Made by a program: the position numbers and the translations under genes. A stretch of 64,000 bases of DNA from a virus, in IMG/VR virus record IMGVR_UViG_3300031857_000057, positions 1 to 64,000 of that record; one strand, given 5' to 3'. This document shows, one piece after another, positions 39,078 through 48,307 of this stretch; the first letter of the stretch is position 1, and the number at the start of each line of letters is the position of its first letter. A model generated the notes under the pieces. It worked only from the letters and a program-made list of their open reading frames with translations. It did no database searches and had not been told where the DNA came from.

Positions 39078-39563
39078 ATGGCATATGTAAAAATCTCAGA
39101 TCCAGCTATTATAGATTTGGCAGGAGTTCAACAAATTATTAATGTTGTTAATCAACATAGTGATTATTTAAATGTTCTTATTAACAAGCTTGGTGTAGCC
39201 TATACCCCTGACTGGACAGATGGGGATGAAGTTGATGCAGTAAATGATCTTGCAACTACCACAATTAAATATGGTAAAAGAAAAATACGAGATGATGACG
39301 AAGATACCACACCAAATGGCAAAAAGTTTTATGCAAGAAGCGTAACATTTAGTGCTGGCACATCTTTTTCTCAGCCACCATTTGTTGTTGCTACTGTAGA
39401 TAATTCAGATCACGCTTCTAATACACAGTTAGATTTCGTTGTCTCTGTTCATGATGTAACAACTGGTGGATTTACAATTAGACTTATGAGAGCTGGAGCA
39501 CAAGGAACACAAGTTCTTGATGAGGATATTCTTGTAAAATGGATTGCTATCGGTCCAAGATAA
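39078..39563 (+). CDS. Minor tail protein with H-type lectin-like domain
   Basis: VTF...FSQPPFVVAT...VTTGGFTI...VKWIAIG. Confidence 0.7.
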   Translation: MAYVKISDPAIIDLAGVQQIINVVNQHSDYLNVLINKLGVAYTPDWTDGDEVDAVNDLATTTIKYGKRKIRDDDEDTTPNGKKFYARSVTFSAGTSFSQPPFVVATVDNSDHASNTQLDFVVSVHDVTTGGFTIRLMRAGAQGTQVLDEDILVKWIAIGPR

Positions 39564-39575
39564 CGGAACAGGACA

Positions 39576-41912
39576 ATGGCAAAAGCAAAATATAACTCTC
39601 CATTTACTGTTGGTAAAAGACAGACGTTATATCTTGATGCAGATGATCCAAGAGTAGAGGGATTTGAAGCAGGCATATCAGCTTCAAGGGCAGGTGCAGA
39701 AATTGTTATTGTTAATCCAGGTAATGCTGGATTATTAGTTGGATCTGCAGCATCTGCTAGTCCTAAAAGATATCCATCCTCTGCATCTAACCCAAAAGCA
39801 TCAGAAGGAAAAACTCCAACAGATATAAGTAATTTATCTGCTGAATGGCAAACAATATCTGGAGAGCCAGCATTAGTTTTTTCATTTGATATAGATTTAA
39901 CAAGTCCAGACAATGATGATGTTGATGCTTTTATATATACTCTAAATACTGGATCTGGAATAACTCCTCCAATATCTTTTACAAAATTAAATAAAACTTC
40001 TGACGCACAAGAACTTATATTTTATTATTCAGACAATATAAAGTTTTTTGGTATTTTTCAAACAACATTTACTGAATTTAAAGTAAGATCTCGTGATAAA
40101 AGTGGTAATGTTGGGCCAGAAGCAACGCTAACCGTTATTCCATCATATGAAAATGATTTGCCAGCACCAAGCATTACTGTTACATCAATAGCGCAAGGAT
40201 ATTCTGTAGATTGGAATCCAATTGTAGAGTTATATAATTATATATCAGTAGAAGAGGTTATATCTAATGCATCAACTGATCCAGCAGCTGGATATGAGCA
40301 GGCATATTTAAATAGTATAAAACCAGCAGTAATCACAACTCCAACACTAGAGGCAAGATGGGTTAGAGCAAGATTTACAGATAAAGCTGGTACATATGGA
40401 CCATATTCAACAGCATACAAAGTAACACCTACTAATCCAGTTAGTGCAGACAACATTCCACCAGATGCTCCAGCTTCAGGATCAGTAACCGCTGGTATTG
40501 ATAATTCCACTGGCGCTACTATTGGATTTAATGCCTACGTTGACATATCCTGGTCAGCGGTATCCGATGCCACCTTAAAAGGATATAGGATTAGATTTAG
40601 AGAAGACGGAACTAGTAATCCATATTCGTATGTAGATTCACCAGGAACTGGAACATCTTTTAGATTAAACGGCTTATCTATAGGAACAACATATCAAATA
40701 GGAATTGCTTCATATGATGAATTTAATAATACATCTTCTGCCTACACCTCTATAGGAACAGCAATAGCAAATGGAACTCCTTTCATAGGAAAAAATGTAA
40801 CAACTGTCGGCTATTTTGGAGCCTCAGCTACTGGAGATACTGGAACATTTAAGTTTGGATACGGAGTACAGGACAGCGGTGGAACAAAACGAGGACTAGT
40901 ATTTAATTCAAATAACTACTGGTACATAGATTCAGCACAATCAGCATTATTTAAACTAGGCGGAGATACAAATAACTATATACAATGGGATGGAACAACA
41001 TTTATTATTCAAGGTGACCTTAGAGCACAAAAGGGTCAATTTGATGGCAATGTTGAAATAAAGTCTGGTGGATCATTATACTCTGGAAATGTTATTGCTG
41101 GAAGTTTATCTGGTGCTGGATTTATTTTAAATACTAGTGGTTTAACTTTTAATTCTTCTTCTGTAAATGGCATAACAACTATTAATGGGTCAACAGGTCT
41201 TTTGACTACAAAATCTGCCAATATTGGTGGATGGGATGTAACTGCTAATACAATAACAAATACAAGCGGTAGTGGTGTGGTTACTCTTGATTCTACAAAT
41301 GCACAAATAAGATTAACAAGCGTTAACTATACAGCAGGTATAGCAACACCCAATACAAATTCTACATCTGATATTGTATTTTGGGCAGGTGGAGCAAGAA
41401 GTACCGCAGCAGCATTTTATGTTACCGCAAACGGTATATTAAATGCAAATGGAGCCATATTGCAAGGTAGATTAACTACTGGGGCATCTCAGGGTGGGGC
41501 AGAGATGAAGTTTGGAACCAGTGTTGGTGCTAATGGCGAAGATGGATTATATATAAACTCTGCAAATTATTGGTATTCAAATGCAGAGTTTAGCATTGGT
41601 GGAGGTATTTTAAACGGCACTCATGATTCCGTAATAATAGACTTGTTCAATGGTAACGCTAGTTTCTATATGGTACAAATGCCAACATCGGATGATGACA
41701 GTTGGGCAGGAGATCCAACTATTACAAAAAGAACATCAGATGATAAACTTGTTCAGGGCAGAAGGTTTATTTATCTTTCCACGATTACTGGAAGCACAAC
41801 ACCAACAAATCCTACGGGATGGAACAATACAACAAAAACAGGAACAATTACAGATAGCAATGGTACATCACGCAGCGTCAAGGCTGGTGATATACTAATG
41901 ATTCAGGAATAA
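39576..41912 (+). CDS. Fibronectin type III-containing tail protein
   Basis: PPDAP...ISWSAV...GYRIRF...LNGLSIGTTYQIGIASYDEFNN; later Gly-rich beta repeats (IGGW). Confidence 0.8.
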   Translation: MAKAKYNSPFTVGKRQTLYLDADDPRVEGFEAGISASRAGAEIVIVNPGNAGLLVGSAASASPKRYPSSASNPKASEGKTPTDISNLSAEWQTISGEPALVFSFDIDLTSPDNDDVDAFIYTLNTGSGITPPISFTKLNKTSDAQELIFYYSDNIKFFGIFQTTFTEFKVRSRDKSGNVGPEATLTVIPSYENDLPAPSITVTSIAQGYSVDWNPIVELYNYISVEEVISNASTDPAAGYEQAYLNSIKPAVITTPTLEARWVRARFTDKAGTYGPYSTAYKVTPTNPVSADNIPPDAPASGSVTAGIDNSTGATIGFNAYVDISWSAVSDATLKGYRIRFREDGTSNPYSYVDSPGTGTSFRLNGLSIGTTYQIGIASYDEFNNTSSAYTSIGTAIANGTPFIGKNVTTVGYFGASATGDTGTFKFGYGVQDSGGTKRGLVFNSNNYWYIDSAQSALFKLGGDTNNYIQWDGTTFIIQGDLRAQKGQFDGNVEIKSGGSLYSGNVIAGSLSGAGFILNTSGLTFNSSSVNGITTINGSTGLLTTKSANIGGWDVTANTITNTSGSGVVTLDSTNAQIRLTSVNYTAGIATPNTNSTSDIVFWAGGARSTAAAFYVTANGILNANGAILQGRLTTGASQGGAEMKFGTSVGANGEDGLYINSANYWYSNAEFSIGGGILNGTHDSVIIDLFNGNASFYMVQMPTSDDDSWAGDPTITKRTSDDKLVQGRRFIYLSTITGSTTPTNPTGWNNTTKTGTITDSNGTSRSVKAGDILMIQE

Positions 41913-41915
41913 ACA

Positions 41916-44396
41916 ATGCCAATTTACAGACTTAATTCTTCTGGACAGTGGAAGAAGTTCTCAAGCCTTTACCGTCTAAACAACTCTGGTGTTTGGAAAA
42001 GATTTTCTGCATGGTATAGGCTAAACTCATCTGGTATTTGGAAAAAATTATTTTCTTCAGAAGAAGGGCCGAGCATAGCTCAACAAGTTGAAATATCTCA
42101 ATCAACAAATTCAACTACTGGACTAGTTACATTAACTGGAACAAATTATCATTGGACAAATTCAACTTCACTTACTTATTATTTTCAATGGTATAACTCA
42201 GGTAGTTGGCAAACGATAGATGTTGGATCAATAACAAATCCAGCATCAGGATCTTCTAATACTAAAACCTATGTAGTTCAGTCATATGACACTAGCACAA
42301 ATTCAGATAATTTATATAGATTCAGGGTTGTAGCTACAAATATTGTATTAACTAGCAGCTCTATAAGTAACACAACAACCATTAGTACTCCAAGGGATGT
42401 TATAAATGTAACCGCTTCACAAGTCGGAACAGATCTTCAAGCTAGTGTTTCATTTACGGTTGGATCATACACTGGTAGTGTAATAATTAAAAGATATAAA
42501 TATAGTGGGGGAACTTTACAAAGTACCACTGAATTTTATAAAACAACGGCTAGCCCAACAACAATAACACTTGATGAATACGGCAAACAATATAGATTTT
42601 CTGTTACACCATATACTGGCAATATTGTTTCTGGAAATGTTACTGGGTACCCTGGTAATGAAAGTTCATTAACAACTCAGTTTACGTCTAATTTTCCACC
42701 AACTCCAATACAAACTTCTAGCCCAACATTATCAAGTACTGGAAACGTTGTAATTGGAACTACTCTTACTGCAAACAGAGGAACTTATCAAAATAATACT
42801 ATATTTGATGGTAATCCAGATCTTGCAATACAAACACGAGTTTACGGGTGGGTATTTCCTGGCCCCACACTAACAAATGGAACTACAACAGCTCCGCCTA
42901 CACCAGACACAACATCTGGCGGTACACAGTCATTGCTTACTACACAACTTATGGTTAATTATACGTTCTATGCAGTTGATATAGTTATAGCAGCAGATGG
43001 TGCATCTACATACTATTATTATAGTGATTTAAATGCTCGTGCCTTCATCCCATCATTTTCAGACAACTTTAATAGACTTGCTGGAACTGGATCTCAAGGT
43101 CTTGGACAAACCAGCACTGGCAGTTGGTACTGGTCAACCAATGGCGGATTGTATGGACCACAAACACCGTCAATAAATACTAACAACTTTTCTTGGCAAT
43201 TAGATACAGAAGAAATATCTGGAAGGCAGGCCGTTGTTACTTACACCAATCCTTCTGTTGGAAATAGCGCAACTAATTATCCACTTAAAACTATAAATGT
43301 TGGAGATTCTAATGTTGCCTTAAAGGTATCTGTTTCTGATGGTGGCGGTGGGCCTGGCCTAGCTTTTTGGGTTACAAGTGCTGGCTCTTGGTGGGCAGTA
43401 GCACCAGATTATTCTAGCAGTAGCTCTACATCGTATTCATGCAATACCCCAGTAACTTCGTATTCTTGTTATACTCCAGTATCAGTAACTAGCTACACAT
43501 GTAATACTCCACAAACTATAACTACTTATGGTTGCGGCGGCAGCGCCTCCACTTCATTTTGTCCAGATGATTTTACTACAGAATATAATGCATTTACAGT
43601 AGGTAGAAGATGTAGTGGATGCTCAAGCACAACATCATATTCGTATTCTTGCGGAACAGATCAATATGTTTCAAACGATCCTGGAACAGTTGTTGCTTGT
43701 AATTCGCCATCACATAATGGGCAACCATGCTATAAGCTGTTTGTTGGAGAGTTTGGAATTCAGTGGATAGTAAGATATTGTAGTGTTAGTTCTACAACAA
43801 GTTATTCTTATTCAACAGTTAACTCAAGCACAACAAGTGGATGTACTGGTGGTCCAATTTCAACCGATGCATCTGGAACTGGTTGTGGAGGATGCACAGT
43901 GTCAAGTTCAACAGTTACTACGTGTACTGGTGGTCCAATAGGAACTAATTCAAGCGGATCTGGTTGTGGTGGATGTGGAGTTTCTTCTTCAACATCTTGC
44001 AGTGGAGGCCCAATATCAACAGATTCCAGCGGTTCTGGCTGTGGAGGATGTTCAGTTTCTTCTTCAACCACTGTAACATATACAAGTACAATTAAAATAT
44101 TATCTTCAGTTGGTAGTACTGTAACAAGTCAATACAGTCAAACAGTAGCCACTAGCAATTCTGCCTTTATTCCAATATATGGACTATCAGTTGAAACATC
44201 TAATAATACTATTACAGCAAAGGCATATTCAAATACAGCGGTTACAAATCAACTAGGATCAACTTTAACCGCTACCCCATCTAGTCCAACAAAATCCATT
44301 GCTGGTGATTCTGCTGTTGGTATAATTAATACTCCAACGGTAGCTAATAGAATAACTGGCAATAGACTTGACGATTTCGTGTATACTAATGTATAA
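41916..44396 (+). CDS. Tail adhesin: Trp repeats, Ig/FN3 domains, lectin-like tip with Cys-rich insert
   Basis: Three N-terminal YRLNxSGxWKx repeats; YRFRVVA and YRFSVTP strands; FSDNFNR...DDF beta-sandwich; 20 Cys clustered in one region. Confidence 0.75.
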   Translation: MPIYRLNSSGQWKKFSSLYRLNNSGVWKRFSAWYRLNSSGIWKKLFSSEEGPSIAQQVEISQSTNSTTGLVTLTGTNYHWTNSTSLTYYFQWYNSGSWQTIDVGSITNPASGSSNTKTYVVQSYDTSTNSDNLYRFRVVATNIVLTSSSISNTTTISTPRDVINVTASQVGTDLQASVSFTVGSYTGSVIIKRYKYSGGTLQSTTEFYKTTASPTTITLDEYGKQYRFSVTPYTGNIVSGNVTGYPGNESSLTTQFTSNFPPTPIQTSSPTLSSTGNVVIGTTLTANRGTYQNNTIFDGNPDLAIQTRVYGWVFPGPTLTNGTTTAPPTPDTTSGGTQSLLTTQLMVNYTFYAVDIVIAADGASTYYYYSDLNARAFIPSFSDNFNRLAGTGSQGLGQTSTGSWYWSTNGGLYGPQTPSINTNNFSWQLDTEEISGRQAVVTYTNPSVGNSATNYPLKTINVGDSNVALKVSVSDGGGGPGLAFWVTSAGSWWAVAPDYSSSSSTSYSCNTPVTSYSCYTPVSVTSYTCNTPQTITTYGCGGSASTSFCPDDFTTEYNAFTVGRRCSGCSSTTSYSYSCGTDQYVSNDPGTVVACNSPSHNGQPCYKLFVGEFGIQWIVRYCSVSSTTSYSYSTVNSSTTSGCTGGPISTDASGTGCGGCTVSSSTVTTCTGGPIGTNSSGSGCGGCGVSSSTSCSGGPISTDSSGSGCGGCSVSSSTTVTYTSTIKILSSVGSTVTSQYSQTVATSNSAFIPIYGLSVETSNNTITAKAYSNTAVTNQLGSTLTATPSSPTKSIAGDSAVGIINTPTVANRITGNRLDDFVYTNV
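43434..44070 (+). repeat. Nested Cys repeats: 3x YxCxTP ... 3x CxGGPIxTxxSGxGCGGCxVSSST
   Basis: Read directly from the translation; synonymous codons differ between copies. Confidence 0.9.
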
Positions 44397-44397
44397 T
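44368..44397 (+). promoter_or_regulatory. Promoter TTGACG-18-TATAAT
   Basis: Lies in the 3' end of the adhesin gene, upstream of SD AAGGAG and ATG 44415. Confidence 0.6.
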
Positions 44398-44414
44398 AGA
44401 AAAAAGGAGAAAAC

Positions 44415-44639
44415 ATGGAAACCCCCCCAATTAAATTAGCATTCATTATAGATAATGAGGTTGCTGATATTTTACATACTGATGAAAGATTGTCTGCGAT
44501 TTTTTTGAGCAATCCAGTTGTCTTAGATGTTACAGATAAGATTAATTTTAATCCAAATGCTGTTTTGCCTGGTATGATCTATAATCCTGAAACTGACGAG
44601 TATGTAATGCCAGAAATAACAGAAGGTGAAAATGTCTAA
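44415..44639 (+). CDS. Small protein, possibly an adhesin/fibre assembly factor
   Basis: Strong SD; G..Y.PET..Y ending is seen in small fibre-associated proteins. Confidence 0.55.
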   Translation: METPPIKLAFIIDNEVADILHTDERLSAIFLSNPVVLDVTDKINFNPNAVLPGMIYNPETDEYVMPEITEGENV

Positions 44640-44931
44640 AAGCCCTTGGCAGATATGGAAAGAAAAGCAGCCTGGAGATTCAGTAAGACCTTGGGATTTG
44701 ATTAATCCTAATATTGGTAGGGTAGATGATGAGACCTATAGGCTTAGATTTGAAGAAGGCTGCATGAAATGTCCATCTCTGATACAATTGACTAAGACCT
44801 GCAAAAAGTGTGGTTGCTTTATGACTGAAAAGGCAAAACTTCCACATGCTTCCTGCCCGCTGGGTAAATGGGGAGCAGTACAAGATGTACCAGATATTGT
44901 AGATGACGAGGGAAACATTATACAAAGGTGA
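44632..44931 (+). CDS. Cys-rich protein, DUF6171-like
   Basis: R...CMKCP.L....CKKCGCFM..K......CPLGKW. Confidence 0.7.
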   Translation: MSKSPWQIWKEKQPGDSVRPWDLINPNIGRVDDETYRLRFEEGCMKCPSLIQLTKTCKKCGCFMTEKAKLPHASCPLGKWGAVQDVPDIVDDEGNIIQR

Positions 44932-44934
44932 TTT

Positions 44935-45150
44935 ATGGAATTAACAAGTGATGAAAAAAGAGCCATCTTAGAAAGTCATATTAAAAATGCTTTGACAAAT
45001 ATTTATAATTTGCAGATCTCTTTACTTGCTGAACAAGCAAAAGAAAATCCTAACTCTGACATTGTAAATAATCTTTCAGAGCAAAAAACTAACGAAGAAG
45101 CAAAGCGAGATGTTTTGTTACAAGAGTTAGAGAATTTGCCAAATGACTGA
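44935..45150 (+). CDS. hypothetical coiled-coil protein
   Basis: SD AAGGTG; helical. Confidence 0.6.
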   Translation: MELTSDEKRAILESHIKNALTNIYNLQISLLAEQAKENPNSDIVNNLSEQKTNEEAKRDVLLQELENLPND

Positions 45151-45340
45151 AAAAAATGAATTAATTGCAATTGTATTGCAGCAGCGAATTGGTGAACTGG
45201 TTGCTAACTACGAAACTCAAATTGCAGTATTGCGGGCAGAAATAACAGAAATGATTAATAATAATAAACAAAAAGCTGCAGATAAATATTCTGAAGATTT
45301 ATTATCAAAGATAGCAGACAATAAAAATGATGTCTTGTAA
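45143..45340 (+). CDS. hypothetical coiled-coil protein
   Basis: Overlapping operon arrangement. Confidence 0.6.
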   Translation: MTEKNELIAIVLQQRIGELVANYETQIAVLRAEITEMINNNKQKAADKYSEDLLSKIADNKNDVL

Positions 45341-45518
45341 AAGATGCAGTGGCAGAGTTTTTGTAGATAGACAATATAGTAGCGCTATTCATTTAGAAAC
45401 ATTTTGTATCATGTGTGGTCAAAGAAAATTTTTTCATCCACCACAAGATAGTGCGGAGGGTTTGTGGCTACTGGAAAAAGAAAGATTGTTAGCCAAGAGT
45501 ACAATAACGACCCTGTAA
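45327..45518 (+). CDS. Zn-ribbon protein
   Basis: CKRC...CIMCG. Confidence 0.65.
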   Translation: MMSCKRCSGRVFVDRQYSSAIHLETFCIMCGQRKFFHPPQDSAEGLWLLEKERLLAKSTITTL

Positions 45519-46006
45519 TTTCTGGGAATAAAAAGGTCTGGTTTCTTAATGGAGACCTTGTAAGACTACACCACAGTTCAAGATCCACAGGAATGGTTAC
45601 TGTTTATAACATAACAAAAGATAGATTAGAAAGTTGTCTAAGATCTGATTTTAGAAAGAATAGACAAAAAGCTTATACTGTAGCAGAAACTGCAGTGCTT
45701 GTCAATAGGCATCGTAAATACTTTCCTAGATTAATTAAATGGGGTGTTATTCCACCACCAATTGGCTCTAAGCTTAATGGAGAAAGAGGATGGCAAATAA
45801 GATCGTATTACTCTGAATCACAAGTAAAAGAGATACGTGATATACTGGCATCTAGACACATTGGAAGACCAAGAAGAGACAATTTAATAACTAATAATCA
45901 AACGCCTACATCTCAAGAATTGACACGCAGAATGGGCGATGGTATACTTACATATACAAAAACTCCAGACGGTAGATTCATACCAGTTTGGACAGAGAGC
46001 ATATAG
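45464..46006 (+). CDS. DNA-binding protein with MerR-like HTH
   Basis: YTVAETAVLVNRH.......I.WG.IP.P......R.YYSESQV. Confidence 0.65.
   Translation: MATGKRKIVSQEYNNDPVISGNKKVWFLNGDLVRLHHSSRSTGMVTVYNITKDRLESCLRSDFRKNRQKAYTVAETAVLVNRHRKYFPRLIKWGVIPPPIGSKLNGERGWQIRSYYSESQVKEIRDILASRHIGRPRRDNLITNNQTPTSQELTRRMGDGILTYTKTPDGRFIPVWTESI
45920..45948 (+). promoter_or_regulatory. Near-consensus promoter TTGACA-17-TATACT with TG extension, inside the HTH gene
   Basis: TTGACA 45920-45925 and TGGTATACT 45940-45948; points into the replication genes. Confidence 0.75.
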
Positions 46007-46022
46007 AGCCTGGGGAGGGCAA

Positions 46023-46229
46023 ATGCAAAACGAAGAAACAAAGATTAACGTAACTTTGGGTTACACACTTAATTTAGGAAACTTTCAATCACTCAGGTTA
46101 GATCTTGGTATTGTTGATTCTAGACGTGATGGTGAGAATATAGATCAGGCATTTGAGAGAGTCTATAAGTTTGTTGAAGACAAGCTTACCTCTAAAATCA
46201 ATGAAGCCAAGGTTGAGCTAGAATCCTAA
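46023..46229 (+). CDS. hypothetical protein
   Basis: SD GGAGG before ATG 46023; GYTLNLGNFQSLRLD motif. Confidence 0.7.
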   Translation: MQNEETKINVTLGYTLNLGNFQSLRLDLGIVDSRRDGENIDQAFERVYKFVEDKLTSKINEAKVELES

Positions 46230-46537
46230 TGGCTGAACGCAAAGACCGAATGGCTTTGCTCAGTCGCTACAATAAATATTATTTGCAGAGATATGAGCAA
46301 AAGTCTAATCTCAATCTTAATGTAGAGCAGTGGGCTGCAGATGCCCTTGTTGAGTCATATGGCCTAAAAGGTTGTTATGATTTATTAGATTATTATTTTA
46401 AAATAGCTCAAGATCCTTCATGGAATTATTTTGCATATAATGCAGAAAAAATTCTATCTGGTAAACTTGAAGTTGAACAGGACAAAAAAGATAGACAGTA
46501 TCGTAGAGAGCTTGCTAGGAAGTGGTTAAGTGAATAA
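46229..46537 (+). CDS. hypothetical protein (possible helicase partner)
   Basis: Overlaps the dnaB start. Confidence 0.55.
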   Translation: MAERKDRMALLSRYNKYYLQRYEQKSNLNLNVEQWAADALVESYGLKGCYDLLDYYFKIAQDPSWNYFAYNAEKILSGKLEVEQDKKDRQYRRELARKWLSE

Positions 46538-47750
46538 TTCAGAAGCAAAAGTAATATCTGCAGTATTAAATGACAAACAAATGCATGTCTTGCTTCAAGC
46601 TAACCTAGATAATTTACTTAGAACTCATAACGATGTATGGAATTTTGTTAGACATTATTTTGATATTAATGGATCTGTTCCACCATCTTCACTTGTAGTT
46701 GAAAAGTTCCGTGACTTTCAGGTAATACCAGATATTGGTGCGACTAAACATCATCTTGATGAATTACAAACAGAATATTTAAATGATAGCCTTAAGGATA
46801 TATTGAGAACTGCTGCTACAGATGTTCAGGGTGGCAACGGTACACAAGCACTTGAACAACTTATTACTAAGACTTCAGAACTAAAAAAGAACACATCAGC
46901 AATTAGAGATGTTGATGTAACTGATATTGATTCCGCTGTTTCTTATTACGAAAACGTCCAAAAGATGAAAGAGTCTGGGCAAGTAGGAATCAAGACTGGC
47001 TTGCCAGGGTTTGACAATTATCTCCCATCTGGAATTATGCCAGGTCAGCTTGGGGTGTTCTTGGCATACCCAGGAATTGGAAAATCCTGGCTTGCTCTTT
47101 ACTTTGCAGTACAGGCTTGGAAGCAAGGAAGATCTCCCCTTATCATATCTCTTGAAATGAGTGAGACAGAAGTACGTAATCGTGTATATGCGATTATGGG
47201 CGAAGGTCTTTGGTCACATCGTAAACTTAGCAATGGTGAAGTAGAAATTGATATGTTGAAAAAATGGCATGCAAGTAAACTTGATGGCAAGCCTGCTTTC
47301 CATATCATATCCAATGATTCTGGTGGAGAAGTTACTCCATCTGTTATTCGTGGAAAGATTGATCAGTACAAACCAGACTTTGTTATTGTTGACTATCTAC
47401 AGCTAATGTCTCCTAACCAAAGGTCTGAAAATGAAACGGTACGAATGAAAAACCTTTCACGAGAACTTAAGCTAATGGCTATTAGTGAAGAGGTTCCTAT
47501 TATTGCTATTTCATCTGCTACGCCAGATGATGTAAAAGATCTTAGTAGTGCTCCCACACTTGGTCAAACTGCTTGGTCAAGACAGATTGCATATGATGCT
47601 GACTGGGTTATGGCACTTGGTCGTGCTACAAATAGTGATATTATTGAGTGTGTATTTAGAAAAAATAGAAATGGTTTTATGGGAGACTTTTTGGTTCAAG
47701 TAGATTTTGACAGAGGATATTACAAGTATAAAGACTTTGAAGAAAAATAA
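46530..47750 (+). CDS. dnaB: Replicative DNA helicase
   Basis: AYPGIGKS Walker A, SLEMS, IVDYLQLM, DAD, KNRNG. Confidence 0.93.
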   Translation: MNNSEAKVISAVLNDKQMHVLLQANLDNLLRTHNDVWNFVRHYFDINGSVPPSSLVVEKFRDFQVIPDIGATKHHLDELQTEYLNDSLKDILRTAATDVQGGNGTQALEQLITKTSELKKNTSAIRDVDVTDIDSAVSYYENVQKMKESGQVGIKTGLPGFDNYLPSGIMPGQLGVFLAYPGIGKSWLALYFAVQAWKQGRSPLIISLEMSETEVRNRVYAIMGEGLWSHRKLSNGEVEIDMLKKWHASKLDGKPAFHIISNDSGGEVTPSVIRGKIDQYKPDFVIVDYLQLMSPNQRSENETVRMKNLSRELKLMAISEEVPIIAISSATPDDVKDLSSAPTLGQTAWSRQIAYDADWVMALGRATNSDIIECVFRKNRNGFMGDFLVQVDFDRGYYKYKDFEEK

Positions 47751-47751
47751 T

Positions 47752-48306
47752 ATGACTATAACTCCAAGAATTGATAATGGTATTGTTACTGTTTATTCTA
47801 ATGATATAGACCCAAACTACTGGATTGATATTTTAGAAAAGGTAAGCAAAGACTCCTATCCATTTGAACATGTAGAGCGTAGACCACATCAAACTATGGA
47901 GATACCAGCCTTGTACGATAGGCGTGATAGCTATACATCGCTTGAGGTTCGTGCAATGTTTTATAACATACTAAATCAGTCTCTTATTGATTTTATGAAA
48001 AAAAACAATATGAATAAGATGGAGCCATTACGAAACACAATAACAGCATCAAAACTTTTACCATCTATTCCAATGAACGCTCATCAAGATATTACAGATT
48101 CACGAATAGACAGTTTTATTGCTCAACTATATATTAATGATGATTATGAAGGTGGCGAACTATTTTTTCCAGAGCACGGATACGCCTATAAACCAAAAGC
48201 TGGCGATATGGCATATTATAAAATGAACAACATGCACGGTGTACTTGAAACAAAATCTGGATTAAGGTATACTATAGGATATAGTTTATTGGGGCCGTAC
48301 TATTAA
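47752..48306 (+). CDS. 2OG-Fe(II) oxygenase, P4H-like, inserted between helicase and primase
   Basis: HQD, YINDDYEGGEL, HGVLETKSGLRY. Confidence 0.88.
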   Translation: MTITPRIDNGIVTVYSNDIDPNYWIDILEKVSKDSYPFEHVERRPHQTMEIPALYDRRDSYTSLEVRAMFYNILNQSLIDFMKKNNMNKMEPLRNTITASKLLPSIPMNAHQDITDSRIDSFIAQLYINDDYEGGELFFPEHGYAYKPKAGDMAYYKMNNMHGVLETKSGLRYTIGYSLLGPYY

Positions 48307-48307
48307 A

